NCBI GenBank assembly: GCA_964016885.1
Contig: OZ024751.1
Coordinates: 7,130,001 to 7,194,000 of the forward strand
DNA length: 64,000 nt
Origin: Eledone cirrhosa
Taxonomy: Eukaryota
Direction: 5' to 3'
The translations under genes were made by a program, and so were the position numbers. Shown here piece after piece: positions 49,155-62,056 of this stretch (positions are counted from its first letter, which is position 1; each line of letters opens with the position of its first letter). The notes beneath the pieces are model-generated. The model did no database searches. It was not told the origin of the DNA and was given only the letters and a program-made list of their open reading frames with translations.

Positions 49155-49500
49155 ATAATAAGGGTTGATGGACCCAGCATATTTATCAATGCCAGTACCG
49201 GTTGTATCTCAGCGCACTCAATGGGCAATGTAAAATGCATTACCAGAGTATACACATAGTTATTTGCCTCAACACAACACACGTAAAACGGGTGCCTACA
49301 AGGTTCCCGGACTCGAGTTTCTGCAGCACTAATGCAGGAGTAAGGTGCACTGCACCATCTGTCTGTATATATTATGCAACAATGCACAATCGCCTTATGC
49401 GGATCCATCACCGGGTATCGCCTAATCAGTAACCAATCGATCGACATAATCCAAACACCGGCCCGTGCCGGTCGTGACTGTTTGTGACAACCGACACGGT
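49155..49500 (-). repeat. Short retroposon-like repeat; partial direct copy at ~50175-50410
   Basis: ~235 bp shared; both end ...caacccttattat on the minus strand. Confidence 0.7.
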
Positions 49501-49862
49501 AAAGCGATTAACTGGCAACCGATAGGATTCTATCTCTCAACTAGCCACTGATTTACACATTTTACGTGGAGACGGGAAGCTAAAAAGAATCAATCTTTTA
49601 GTTCCTGTCAGAAGATCTCAGCCAACGTGTCTCACACACTAATTATCAAGGGGTCAAAAGATGGCTATTAGAAATAGCAGTTCACATTGATATAAAATAG
49701 AATGGTAGCATTCGGTTCATGTCTCCAAGCCCCATTGCTAGAGGAAAGCGATGGTAACAATGGTAGTGCCAAGAACATTTAACGGACTTTAAATGCGATC
49801 ATCCATTATATACCAATATAGTAGCGAGCTGAAATGTGTCACCACGTGCGTAGATAATTGTT

Positions 49863-50030
49863 TCTACTTTTGGCACAAGGCCAGCAAATACCCAGTACAT
49901 TCCTGGTACTTTATTTTATCGACCTGGTAAGGATGAACGGCAAAGTTAACCTCGGCGGGATTTGAACACAGATCGTAAAGGGACGTAACTACGCTGGAAA
50001 GCATGTCCGGCCCTTTACCGATACTGCCAA
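49863..50030 (-). mobile_element. SINE with Nin/Deu-type domain
   Basis: Reverse complement has gttcaaatccc...aactttgccgttcatccttaccaggtcgataaaataaagtaccag, like 31255-31592. Confidence 0.75.
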
Positions 50031-51106
50031 CGTGCGTAGATAATGAGTCTAATTCACAACTTAAAAGAGTGAGAGACAAAATTAAAAGCAGGAAAAAGAG
50101 TGCATATCAAACAAAAACACAATAAAAAGTGAAAAATTGTTTAACTTACTCTCAATATTCCGCTCGTTGGGAGATAATAATAATAAGGGTTGACGGACCC
50201 AGCATATTTACCAATGCCAGTACCGGTTGAATCTCAGCGAACTCAATGGGCAATGTGAGATACATTACCAGAGTATACACATAGTTATTTGCCTCAACAC
50301 AACACACGTAAAACGGGTGCCTATAAGGTTCCCGGACTCGAGTTTCTGCAGCACTAATGCAGGCGTAAGGTTCACTGCACCATCTGTCTGCATATATTAT
50401 GCAACATTGCATATATATATATATATGTATATATATGTCTTGCTTTGTAGGCAGCTAATGTGGATAACACAGTTGTCCTCTGCTCCTCAGTTTCATTAGC
50501 TCGACGCTGCTTTTCCTTAACCAAACCGGTCGACAATCTGCTGAGGCAACTTCTTTTTTTTCCACGAGGCATCAAAACGAAATGTGTAAAGCTTGAAACG
50601 ATAAATTATACAATGTCAAATCTATAACTTAACTTAGTAATATGTTAGAAATTTCTGGTTGTGAAATATACAAAATATTATTGCTAGTACCTTTTGTTTC
50701 AAGTACAAAGAGTAAATTAAAATACGAATGAGCCGAATTGTAATAATCAAAACTGTAATAAAATTGTAATAATCACCCTAAAAGATGAGTTCCTATTGTA
50801 TTGACGAAAGATAACTCTTGTCTTACTTAAAGATAACACTTGTCTTACTTAATCACGAAAATTGACACAAATAACCGAAAGTTTTTTAATGTCTCCAATA
50901 TCGATTTTTGAAAGCCTTTGTAGATCATGTACAGGTTTTGTGCAAGGAGAAGCTCTGTAAAAAATTCCAAAGAAATTGCATGAATGGTTTAAAATATATG
51001 AGCCCTCATTAAAAATTCTCCACACACATACACACAGACAGAGAAAACTTCATCATTATATATACAGATATATGTATGCACATATAAATATGTGTGCTTA
51101 TATATG

Positions 51107-51186
<80 letters not shown>

Positions 51187-51274
51187 CATATATATGCGTA
51201 TATATATACACACACATATAAACATATATATGCGTATATATATATACACACATATAAACATATATATGCGTATA

Positions 51275-51314
<40 letters not shown>

Positions 51315-51751
51315 TATATACGCATAAATATGTTTATATGTGTATATATATATATACATATACGCATATATATGTTTATATGTGTGTGTATATATATACG
51401 CATATATGTTTATATGTGTGTGTATATATATACGCATATACATGTTTATATCTGTGTGTATATATATATATATATATATATGTTTATATGTATGTACGTT
51501 AATATATAAATATATACTTTGGCCGTTGTTTGTAACCATTTTCTTTTTTTACTATAACATTTCTGCTACAAAATTAAATATTAAATATTGGAGCCCTATG
51601 CCAATATGTGATGCTTTCAGTTATTTTGTATAATCCGGCTGATACAAAATAAATATAGTTACATATATATAAAATATATATGTAACTATACATATATATT
51701 TTAACATATATTTTAAGAATGTCAATTTAATTATTATTATTATTATTATTC

Positions 51752-51935
51752 TTTGAGACTCAGTTATTGATGTTATTTAACTGGAAAGTTTGTTGAAATG
51801 AATATCAAGCCGTTACCTGCAGATTCAGATATTCAGGACGTATCGGAGGGTTCTTGCTGTTCCCAGCAAGCATGCCTTTGGAAGTGTTCCAAAAAGCGGG
51901 GCTGGACTAATTTTCTTTAACCATCCTTGGAATGT
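51752..51935 (-). mobile_element. Dong/R4 LINE extreme 3' fragment ending in (TAA)n
   Basis: KACLLGTARTLRYVLNI and 3'UTR shared with 60574-61472. Confidence 0.85.
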
Positions 51936-52200
51936 AGAGTTAATCAATGCGTGTATACATTTATTTGCGACACTATATATATATACGCAAACGAAATACA
52001 TACAAATTATGGTGAGGATTTTCATTTTCCAATTCCATACCTCCCATCTCCTCAATCTACTGTATTCTTTCTTCTCAGGAAGGACCAGCGTCCGAAACGT
52101 TAAGACCCTCTTCCTGCTATATCAAGAGTTAACCTTCCATATACTGTACCGATTGTGTTGTTATTTCTGTTTACCTTTTACACACACACACACACACGTG

Positions 52201-52870
52201 TGCACGCACTCGTTCAGTGGCCGAGCATTGCTGACTTGTGGAGCTATGTCGAACAGTTGCTGTCACGTGTGGGACTGATCCGGTTGTCGACTGAGTCCAT
52301 TGTGCAGATGGTCTCGCCGTCTTCTTTCGGGGAGGAAGGGTAGGCGGTTTTCATCTGCCTGGTGGCCATGGCGAAAGAGATTGTGTGGTGGAAAAGGTTG
52401 AAAGGATTAAAGACAAACACTTTCCTCTTCGGCGAATCTCTAATTAACTTTTCCAAGTTTCACTTGAAGAAGAAAATCAGGGTGGAGAGGCAAGTGCTGC
52501 TTTCTAGCAAGTTTGTTGAAAGGTGGGTGAATGTAGCGAGAATGGTTCGAGTGAACGGGACCACTCTGAATATACGTCTGTAGTTTGAGAGATGGAAAAA
52601 TTGAGAGAGGGCGCTTGCCCTGGTAGTCAGGGTGGCCGTGGTCTTTTGTGTGGTTTTCGCCACGAGTAACGCTTGGAGGTTTCCCGCCTATTGGGGAATT
52701 TTTCATTGTTTCAATTTTCATTTTATTGCTTATATATATATATGTGTTATGTCTTTTTTCTTTTCTTATATAAATAATAAAAATATTTACACGCACAAAA
52801 CCCACATCGTACCGTCCTGTTCCGTCTGTGATGTTTTTCTTGATGTCAGCCCTTGTGGCCTATAAATAAA
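52201..52870 (+). mobile_element. 5'-truncated Tx1/L1 LINE copy ending in (ATT)n
   Basis: Homologous to ~59900-60525 (AMAKEIVWW...INF.KFHLK.KIRVER); AATAAA then (ATT)n. Confidence 0.9.
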
Positions 52871-52932
<62 letters not shown>

Positions 52933-52933
52933 T

Positions 52934-54100
52934 GTCTCAGTCATTGGTGTTAGTTAACTGGAAAGTTTGTTGAAATGAATATCAAGCCACTACCTGCAGC
53001 CTCAGATATTCAGGACGTATCGGAAGGTTCTTGCAGTTCCCAGCAAGCATGCCTTTTGAAGTGTTCCAAAAAGCGGGGCGGGGCTAATTTTCTTTAACCA
53101 TCCCTGGAAACTTTTGGAGATAGTACCTAGTGTGCTTATGACAATCGGGACCACTTTGACTTTATGGCAGTTCCAAATCCTTTATACCTCCCATTTTAAG
53201 TCCTGGTATCGGTTAATTTTCTCCCTCTCATTCTCTTGCACTCTCATGTCGTTTCCTCTCGCTTTCATACCAAGTAGTTTCCTCACCGTATTTGCTGTTG
53301 CTTTGAGGATATTGTTGCACTGGTGAAGGCTCCTCGCCTCAAGTCATGGGAAGACTTTGTTTACCTTAGCTGTTGTTTCTTTTAACTGTTTCCTGTCTAC
53401 AAATCTTAGGTTCATAGGTCTCCCACTATCATTGTTCAATTCATCTACCACAAAGTTTAGGATATCAACCAAATCTTGTCCTAGCCCGTCAGCATTCATC
53501 TCCTCAGTGGCCGTATCTCTGTTCCAGGTATTATTTATCTCAGCATTTAGATCATTGTCTGCTTCGGGTGGTTCCTCCGTTCTCTCGACCTCTTCACCTT
53601 CATTTCCCACTGGCTCGTTTGCCTGGCATACTCCACTCTCCATCTCCAAGCTAATCTCTCTGCTGAGTTCCTCCAGTTCCAGTTCGCTTATCCACCCATT
53701 AGTTCTTATTACCCGAGCCAGCCCGGCCAATTTTTGTTCATCTAATTTAAATAGACCAATCTCGTTCTAAATGTTATGCATCCGTTTCCTATAGCCTTTC
53801 TCCTTGGGGTTACTCTTCAGGTAACATTGCATAACAGTTCTATTCAATTCTTTCGTCCAGTTAGTTCTGGTCCCTTTCCTTCTTCTTCTTCCTCCGACAC
53901 CAGCAGTATTTGGTTGACAGCCAGGTCCCTGATGCTGAACCAGGGAGCACCTGTTGGGTGAGAGTCTGTCACATGACATTCTGTTTAGGTTCGACATTTA
54001 AACACACTTATCGAGGATTGGCGAATGTATGGTTACATAACCACCGGTGATTTCGTCACTCCACGTGATTTTTGCGTGACATTATCACGCTGTAGACGAA
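52934..54100 (-). mobile_element. Internally deleted Dong/R4 LINE (N-terminus joined to 3' end near 53251)
   Basis: WTKELNRTVMQCYLKSNPKEKGYRKRMH...ARVIRTNGWISELELEEL (R4/Dong N-terminus), then the 3' end shared with 60574-60897. Confidence 0.85.
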
Positions 54101-54577
54101 CATAAATAAACAAACAAACAAACGAGCAAAAAAACCCCCAAAAATGAATAAGCATAAGTTTCATTGTAATGTAATGTTTGAATGTCTGACTTAGTTTTTC
54201 CCTTCCCTTCTCTGTCCGTCTATTTGTTTTTCTCTTCATTTTTCTTTTCTTTACGTTTTTCGTTGTTGTTGTGCTGCTTTGATTTTGATTTTTGATTTTG
54301 ACCGGGTAATCAATTCAGTCTATTTATATATTTTGATGCCTTCCTCTTTTAGTGGGGTCACTACGATTTAGCAGGGGGTAGCGGGAGATAATAGCGGCGG
54401 TAGTGATAATGAGGCATTAGTGGTGGTGGTGGTGTCGGTGCTGTGCTAGCAGCAACTAGCAGGAGGTAGTGGGAGAGAATAGCGGCGGTAGCGATAATGA
54501 GGCAGTGGTGGTGGTGATGTTATCGTAGTACTGTAGTGATGGTGTTGAAGTTGGAGTAGTATAGCGGTTGAGTCGAC

Positions 54578-54615
<38 letters not shown>

Positions 54616-54823
54616 GGCGACCTACGTAGTAAATCGTATCATCGTGAGCTCCGCAAAGGTTTGTTATTTCCGTTTGTTAAAAATTGCCATTTATGGAAAA
54701 TTTTATTGTTAACTGTTTATAAGCACACATACATTGTTTTCCGAAAAGGTCACCCAAAAAGATTGGGGCCTTGTGCCCAAAATTTTAACTTTTATTATTA
54801 TCAAAAAATTTCTTTGAAAAAAA

Positions 54824-56827
54824 ATGGCTAATTCCCCTCTGCACGAAGCAGCTGAAAGCCTTCCTCACAAAATAACACCTCACACCGACACCACCATTGT
54901 AAATGTTACTACGTTTGCCAACACAAAAAAAAATATAAGCAGTAGCAATATTTTAAATTTGTCTCAGGCAGACATTCATTTCCCGCCATTACCAATGACT
55001 GCAGGTGTTAAAGCCTCCACCACCACCACCACCGCGACAACCACCACCCTCACCAGCACCGCGACAACAAAAACAAAAGAAGAAAAAAATAAATTAACTC
55101 GTGATGTCGAAATGAAATCAAGCAAAATGGACTCTTGCGCACCAAAGACGAATGACGTCACCATCACCACAACTGAAACAAAAATTAAGATTAACACAAA
55201 TAACGATAGCAACAACAACAACAATGACATTATAAAACCGACCCTCAGTTTCGCCATCGTAGCAAAACAATTCGAAGCGTTCACGGTAACTCAAGAAGAT
55301 TTAGAAACTGCCAAACAAATGGTAAAGAAAGATGGGTACAGGGTCAGCCTCACCCCCCCCCCCACCTAATAAAATGGAGCATCGGCGCCTATGCACCGTG
55401 TCGAATAGAACAATAAATGTAAAATCGCGCCGAGTGGAACGGGCATCCGAGTCCCAAATCCAAAAAGCTTTGGGACATGTGTGGGCAAGAAAAACCCACA
55501 TCAGACGTGGGCAAAAGTATGGAACCGTGTACGTGTTCTTTGAAACACCAGAGGAGGCTAGAGAACACTCCATGGCCCCATTAAAAAGTGACGACCTCAC
55601 ACTCGTCCCAAGCTATTGTGGCCAGAGACTCGTAAAGATCAGGGTGACCCACGTTCCACCGGCCATCGAAATTCCCTGGCTAATAGCGGCTGTCCTCGCC
55701 GGCATCGAAGCCAACACGAAAATAATAGCAGTAGCAAAAGAAAAGCAGGAAAACTGGTCCGGATCTGGGATGGAGCTCCTGATCCAAGCGGACCAAAAAA
55801 GCATTGAGGAGATCCCAGAGGTAATAGACCTCACTGACGGCAGCCACCTCACGGTAATTGTCGAGGGCAGAAGACCTAGGTGTGTCGTTTGTGGTGAAGG
55901 AACCCACCTAAGTGCTTTCTGCCCTCAGGCTAAAAGGTTGAGGCCACCTCTCCTACCCACCCCAGTGACACAACCATCAACACCACCAGTAGCAGAGATG
56001 GCAGCAACAACTGTAGCAGCAACAACAGAAGCAACTATAACAGCAACAACCCCAGCAACAGTAGCAAAACCAACACCACTACCACCACCAGCAAAACCAA
56101 CACCACCACCACCCAACGCTTCAGAACTAGCACCAGCGCCTACACCATCCACCACACCACAACCAAAACTAACGGCTGTGGAGGATTTTCCACTCCCCGG
56201 CCTATCACAACTGGAGACAGATTGTGGCGACGAGGAGTGGGAAATGATATCCGGAAAAAAAAAAGAAACCAAAAAAGAAAAAATTCTCTTCCTTCTCCCT
56301 CCAAAAACAAAATGCAGAGGGAAACAAATAAACTAAGAAACAAAAAAGTTAGGACATATATGCCACCATCCACACCAGCATCACCAACCCCATCAACCCA
56401 AACACCAACACCATCACCATCACCATCATTAACTCCAACACCACCATCACCTACACCACAAAAGTCACCAAAATGCGAAACAGAAACAAACCCACAACAA
56501 ACGCAAACAAAACAAAACAACCAAAACGATACACACTACACAGCATTAAATTTGAACAACAAGCAATTATTACACTACATCCAACACAACACCAGCATCA
56601 CAGAAAAAGACTACACAACAACCCCAAAATTCACACCACCTCCACACATACAAATCACTCGCATCACACAGAAAACGTACATGACACTAAAACAAAAATT
56701 CCCAAAAGGCATCGGAGACTTCCGACAAGCACTCTCCAGGAGGATTTATAAGGACATCCTTCCTGAGGAGGCCACAAGCAGTGAAAAGGATGGAAAAACC
56801 GTCCTTCCCCTACGAGAAGTAAGGTAA
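54824..56827 (+). CDS. Tx1 ORF1 (CCHC zinc knuckle), split by two homopolymer frameshifts
   Basis: ORFs 54824-55369, 55332-56336 (CVVCGEGTHLSAFC) and 56222-56827 overlap at a C11 run (55353-63) and an A10 run (56255-64). Confidence 0.8.
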
Positions 56828-56861
56828 GTGGTCTTTCCCATCTTTTCCACTCCTTTTCAAC

Positions 56862-59800
56862 ATGACCTCACTCAGAATAGGCAGCATAAATGCGCGTGGC
56901 TTGGGGTCGTCATGGAAGCAGGGCCACCTGCTCAACGACCTCAGGTCACTAAACATAGATGTAGTGGCCATCAGCGAGACCAGAATCTCCGAAGCACAGG
57001 CTTTCGCACCGATCTTCGGCGGCTACGATGTGTACGCATATTCCAGCCGTCCGGGATCGGGGGGAGGAGTTGCTGTGCTTTTTCGGAGAGGTTTGGATCT
57101 TGCCATACGGGCCATCTTCCTGGACCCAGAAGGTAAGTTGGTGGTGCTGGACGTGACCAGCGGAGACGGGCAAGCTTTCAGTTTAGTGGCCGTCTATGCC
57201 CCGACAGGAGCAGGGCGGCCTGATTTCTTCCGGCGTCTGGAGACCTTTCTTGGAATGTCCCGCTCTTTAGTGTTAGTGGGCGACTGGAACGGGATCTTAG
57301 ATGCACGCTGGGATTGTGTGGGATTAGTGGATAGGGAAGGAGGGTGCAAGAGTCTCACCAACCTGCTCAGACGTTTTGAACTGTCTGACAGGTACCGAAT
57401 GGATTTCCCGAATGTACCAATGTGGACTTGGACAAATCGCATAGGGTCATCCAGATCATATCTAGATAGAGTATTTTGTAGGGAAATAGATAGGTCTAGC
57501 ATAGGCTGTCCACAATTCAAGATAGTCAGCTACACGGACCACAAATTCGTGATCTGTGTGCTTGACTTAGATAGGCTTCATAGACGAGGACCCGGCTACT
57601 GGAAGCTAAACGCGTCCTTACCAGCGCGCAAGGCCTACAGAGACCGGATTAGCGAACTAGTTAAGCGGGCGTTGACGGGGGCCATCGTCAACAACAAGTG
57701 GTGGTTTGCTCTGAAAAGAGCAATTAGAATAGAGTCCATTAGGTTTAGTAAGACTTTAGCAATAGAGAAAAATAGAGCAGAGGGAGAATTAGTTAGAAAA
57801 TTAGATGAGGCGCTTAGCAAAGGCATCGCGACGGACGTACTTGCGGCGAAATTGGCCCTTGACCAATTCTTCAATGCAAAGCACGAAGGCTGCGTTGTCA
57901 GAGCTAGGGTGCGTGCTCTCAGACACGAGGGGACGAAAGCCGTTCAATGGGCCCGAGTGGCGGAGGCGCGTCGTGGCCACAAAGCCACGATCCGGTCTTT
58001 GGTGGACCACGACGGGCGCATGCTACTCGATCCCGGGCAAATGTGTGAAGCTTTTCAGCGACACTTCGCTCAACTATTCGGGGGCAGTGCCGGGCCGGAT
58101 CGAGGGATGGACTTTAGTGTCTACCTCGACGGACTGCCGCGGCTTTCGGCCACTGAGGCGGAGTGTTGCGAAAAGCCGATAACAACCGCTGAAGTACGGG
58201 ATGCAATGACTAGTTGCACAAGGGGTAAATCGCCTGGTTTGGATGGTCTGCCCTATGAACTTTACGTACAAATGCCAAACTTGTTCGGAGGCCTCTTGGC
58301 GGACGTCTACTGCAACTGGCAACAGAACGGGAGAATTCCCAGCTCTGTGAGCCGAGGAGCGGTGGCGCTGCTGAGAAAGGATCCGAACAAGGGGGATAAC
58401 ATACATAATTTTAGGCCCATAACTCTGCTAAACACAGAGTTCAAGATTTTGGCCAAGGTGCTAGCAAAGAGGTTGGCGCTTGTCGTTGGTGGTCTGGTGA
58501 GAGAGGCACAGACATGCGCCATTCCCGACAGATCCATCCACGACAACCTCCACTTCATGCGATACATCGTAGAGAGGGTAGCTAGGGAACCTGGCACGGG
58601 TGGGTCTTTGATCAATTTAGATCAGTCGAAAGCCTTCGATAGGGTCGACCATCGTTACCTAGCGGCAGTCCTGAGGGCGGCTGGCTTTGGGCCCGTCTTC
58701 AGAGGCTGGATCGCTTCCAAGCACAGCGACATCTGCTCTGCAGTGAGAGTGAACGGTCACCTTTCGGAACCGTTCAACATCATGCGCTCGGTCCGCCAAG
58801 GATGTCCCCTCTCGTCCCTATTGTACGTATTGACTCTCGAGCCATTACTGCACAAGCTGGAGACGTTGAGGGGGGTCCCGCGCGAACTAGGATGCGGAAG
58901 ATCCGTGTCAGCATATGCCGACGATGTCACCGTAGTGGTGTCGAACGCCAAACACATCGAGGCGATCGGCACTACACTAAGAGAATACGAAGCGGTGACA
59001 GGAGCAATGGTCAACCAGGAAAAGTCAGTGGGCCTGCAGCTCGGCACCTGGAGAGGCAGGTCCATGCCGTCCAACAGCGTCGTCGGGCGCTGGACGGACG
59101 GACCGGTTAAATTGCTAGGGGTCTGGTTCGGTCCAGACCTCCAGACGGGCAAAAACTGGGACGAGGTGACGAGCAGGGTGGCTTCTCTCACCCAGAAATG
59201 GGCCGAGAGGAAGCTATCCCTGAAAGGTCGAGCGGAGGTGGCGAATGCATACATCGCATCCGTCATCTACTACCGCCTGACCGTCGTACCTTGTCCTAAG
59301 CCCCGCCTGACTGCGCTGGAGCGTTTGCTCTTTCGCTTCTTGTAGAAGGGACGCGCTCCGATGGTCAGGCGGTCCATCTGCTGTCAACACCCGCTACGTG
59401 GAGGGCTGGGCATGCCGTGGCTGATGATGCGCAGACACGCGCTCAGGCTACGACATCTCCACCTCTTCCTCGACGGTGATCAGGTGTGGTCGCCGTTTGC
59501 AAGGCACGTTTTTCCCCAGCTCGTCTCATTGACGGAGCTGCAGTCCTGGGTCAAGCGAAGACCGAGAGGGAGCGCTTGGAGACTGGAATGTCTTCAGGCG
59601 CTCACAGCCCTCGACCAATCGGGCAATGTGATCGGTGGAAACTCCACCTTGGCGTTCTATAGGGGATTAGCGGAGGGGAAGAGCGACGACGTACTTGGAG
59701 AAACTCTAGGCGTCGACGAAAATCAACTAGCCAATCTCTTCGGAAGGACTTTCGGGCCGGGCCCTATGGACAACTTCCAGAAATCCCTGGCCTGGCAGTG

Positions 59801-60281
59801 CTACCGAGGAGCTTTGCCAGTTCGGGATAAACTCTACAGGCATGGAGGTGCCGTCAGCCGGGCATGTCCGAGATGCGCGCAGGGCGACGAAACCGTCCTG
59901 CACGCACTCGTCCAGTGTCTGAGCATTGCTGACTTGTGGGTTTATGTCGAACACCTGCTGTCACGTGTAGGACCTATCCAGCTATCAGCTGAGTCCATCG
60001 TGAGGATTGCCCCGCCCCCTTCCTTTAGCCTGGAAGGGCAGGCAGTTTTTATCTGTCTGGTGGCCATGGCGAAAGAGATAGTATGGTGGACACGTTTGAA
60101 AGGGCTGAAGACGAGCACTTACCTCTTCAGTGATGCCCTGATTAACTTTTTCAAATTTCATTTGAAAAGGAAAATCAGGGTAGAGAGGGAAGTGCTCTCT
60201 TCCCAGCATTTTGTTGAAAGATGGGTGAGAGAAGCAAGTATGGCCCGAATGAATGGGCCTTCTCTGAGTATGTGTCTGTAA
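56862..60281 (+). CDS. Tx1 ORF2: APE endonuclease + RT + Cys-rich C-terminus, one in-frame TAG at 59343-45
   Basis: SINARGL, SET, VYAP, GDWN, YLDR, TDH; KSPGLDG, FRPITLLN, DQSKAFD, RQGCPLS, AYADD; CPRC...ETVLHAL..C. Confidence 0.95.
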
Positions 60282-60524
60282 ATTAAAGGTGGAAAACTGG
60301 GAGAGGGCACTTGCCCTGGTGGTCAGGGCCACTGTGGTCTTTTAATGGGCTTTCTCCACAAATGTCCCTTGGAAGTCTCCCCCCTATTGGGGAATTTTTC
60401 TTTGTTATTTTATTTCAACCTCTGTTTTTTTTACACGCAGAAATGCCCATTTGTACCGTCTTGTATTGTCCTGTACTGTCCTTAATGTCTACTTTATGTG
60501 AACCCTTGTGGTTAATAAAGAAAA

Positions 60525-60561
<37 letters not shown>

Positions 60562-60573
60562 GTTATTGTTATT

Positions 60574-61471
60574 CCTTGAATCTCAGTCATTGATGTTGGT
60601 TAACTGGAAAGTCCGTTGGATTGAATATCAAGCCACTACCTGCAGCCTCAGATATTCAGGATGTATCGGAGGGTTCTTGCTGTTCCAAGCAAGCATGCCT
60701 TTTGAAGCGTTCCAAAAAGCGTGAAGGGGCCGATTTTCTTTAACCATCCCTGGAAACTTTTGGAGATAGTCCCCAGTGCGCCTATGACAATCGGGATCAC
60801 TTTGACTTCATGGCAGTTCCAAATCCTTTTCACCTCCCACTTTAGGTCCTGGTATCGGTTAATTTTCTCCCTCTCCTTCTCTTGCACTCTCGTGTCGAAT
60901 GGGAAGGCCACATCCACAATCAGGCACGATCTTTTTTCTTTGTCTACAACCACCAGGTCAGGTCTATTGTGTTCCAGTTTTTTGTCCGTCTGTATCCTAA
61001 AATCCCACAGCACCTTCACCTGATTGTTCTCCATCACCGCCTCTGGCCTATGCTCATACCATTTCTCAGAATGTGGTAGATTGTTTACTTTGCACAGGTG
61101 CCAGTGGATCACCCTGCCCATCACATCGTGTCTCCAGCCCTTATAGTGGGTCTGGGCTAGGTGTTTACACTCGGACACAATGTGAGCCACAGTCTCCTCT
61201 CTCTCTCCACAGATCCTGCACAGTGGGCTGGCCTCCTCCTTGTAGATATGGTGCTTCAACCACTTCGTTTTGAGGGCCTGCTCCTGCGCAGCCATTAGCA
61301 TTCCTTCTGTAGCCTTTTTGAGGTCTCCTCTTCTCAACCAGTTCCATGTCTGTGGATCTCTAAATTCAGTTTTCTCAAAGAAGGTACTATGAAGGGGTTT
61401 TCCCTTAAGGCTGCTCTTCCTCCTTGATGTTATTTCCTCCCTGGACATCCCCTGGCCTACTGTCCCCTCCA

Positions 61472-61472
<1 letters not shown>
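60574..61472 (-). mobile_element. 5'-truncated Dong/R4 LINE in (TAA)n (shorter copy 61541-61830)
   Basis: ORF 60648-61472: KPLH, AAQEQAL, CRIC...HIVSEC, RHD, HNRPDL, EK...Y.DL; microsatellite on both flanks. Confidence 0.93.
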
Positions 61473-61541
<69 letters not shown>

Positions 61542-61829
61542 CTTGAACCTCAGTCATTGATGTTAGTTAACTGGAAAGTCCGTTGGAATGAATATCAAGC
61601 CACTACCTGCAGGACGTTTCGGAGGGTTCTTGCTGTTCCCAGCAAGCATGCCTTTTGAAGCGTTCCAAAAAGCGTGAAGGGGCCGATTTTCTTTAACCAT
61701 CCCTGGATACTTTTGGAGATAGTCCCCAGTGCGCCTATGACAATCGGAATCACTTTGACTTCATGGCAGTTCCAAATCCTTTTTACCTCCCACTTTAAGT
61801 CCTGGTATCGGTTCATTTTCTCCTTCTCC

Positions 61830-61914
<85 letters not shown>

Positions 61915-62056
61915 AGTTGCATTTATCTTGTTTATGTGCATACGAGTTATCACCAAGTCACAACCAGTGACCTCAAGAGACAACAAGGTCCGCCATGTTC
62001 AAGAAAGAACATACATATTCACACATGCATCTTTAGTGTTTAGACTTGTGATGTAC

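Larger units (their letters stand above)
54616..60525 (+). mobile_element. Near full-length Tx1/L1-clade LINE inserted in (ATT)n
   Basis: (ATT)n on both flanks; ORF1 and ORF2; AATAAA at 60514. Confidence 0.95.

Noticed and set aside
57194-59954. Antisense and overlapping ORFs within Tx1 ORF2
   Set aside because: Shadow frames of a GC-richer coding region
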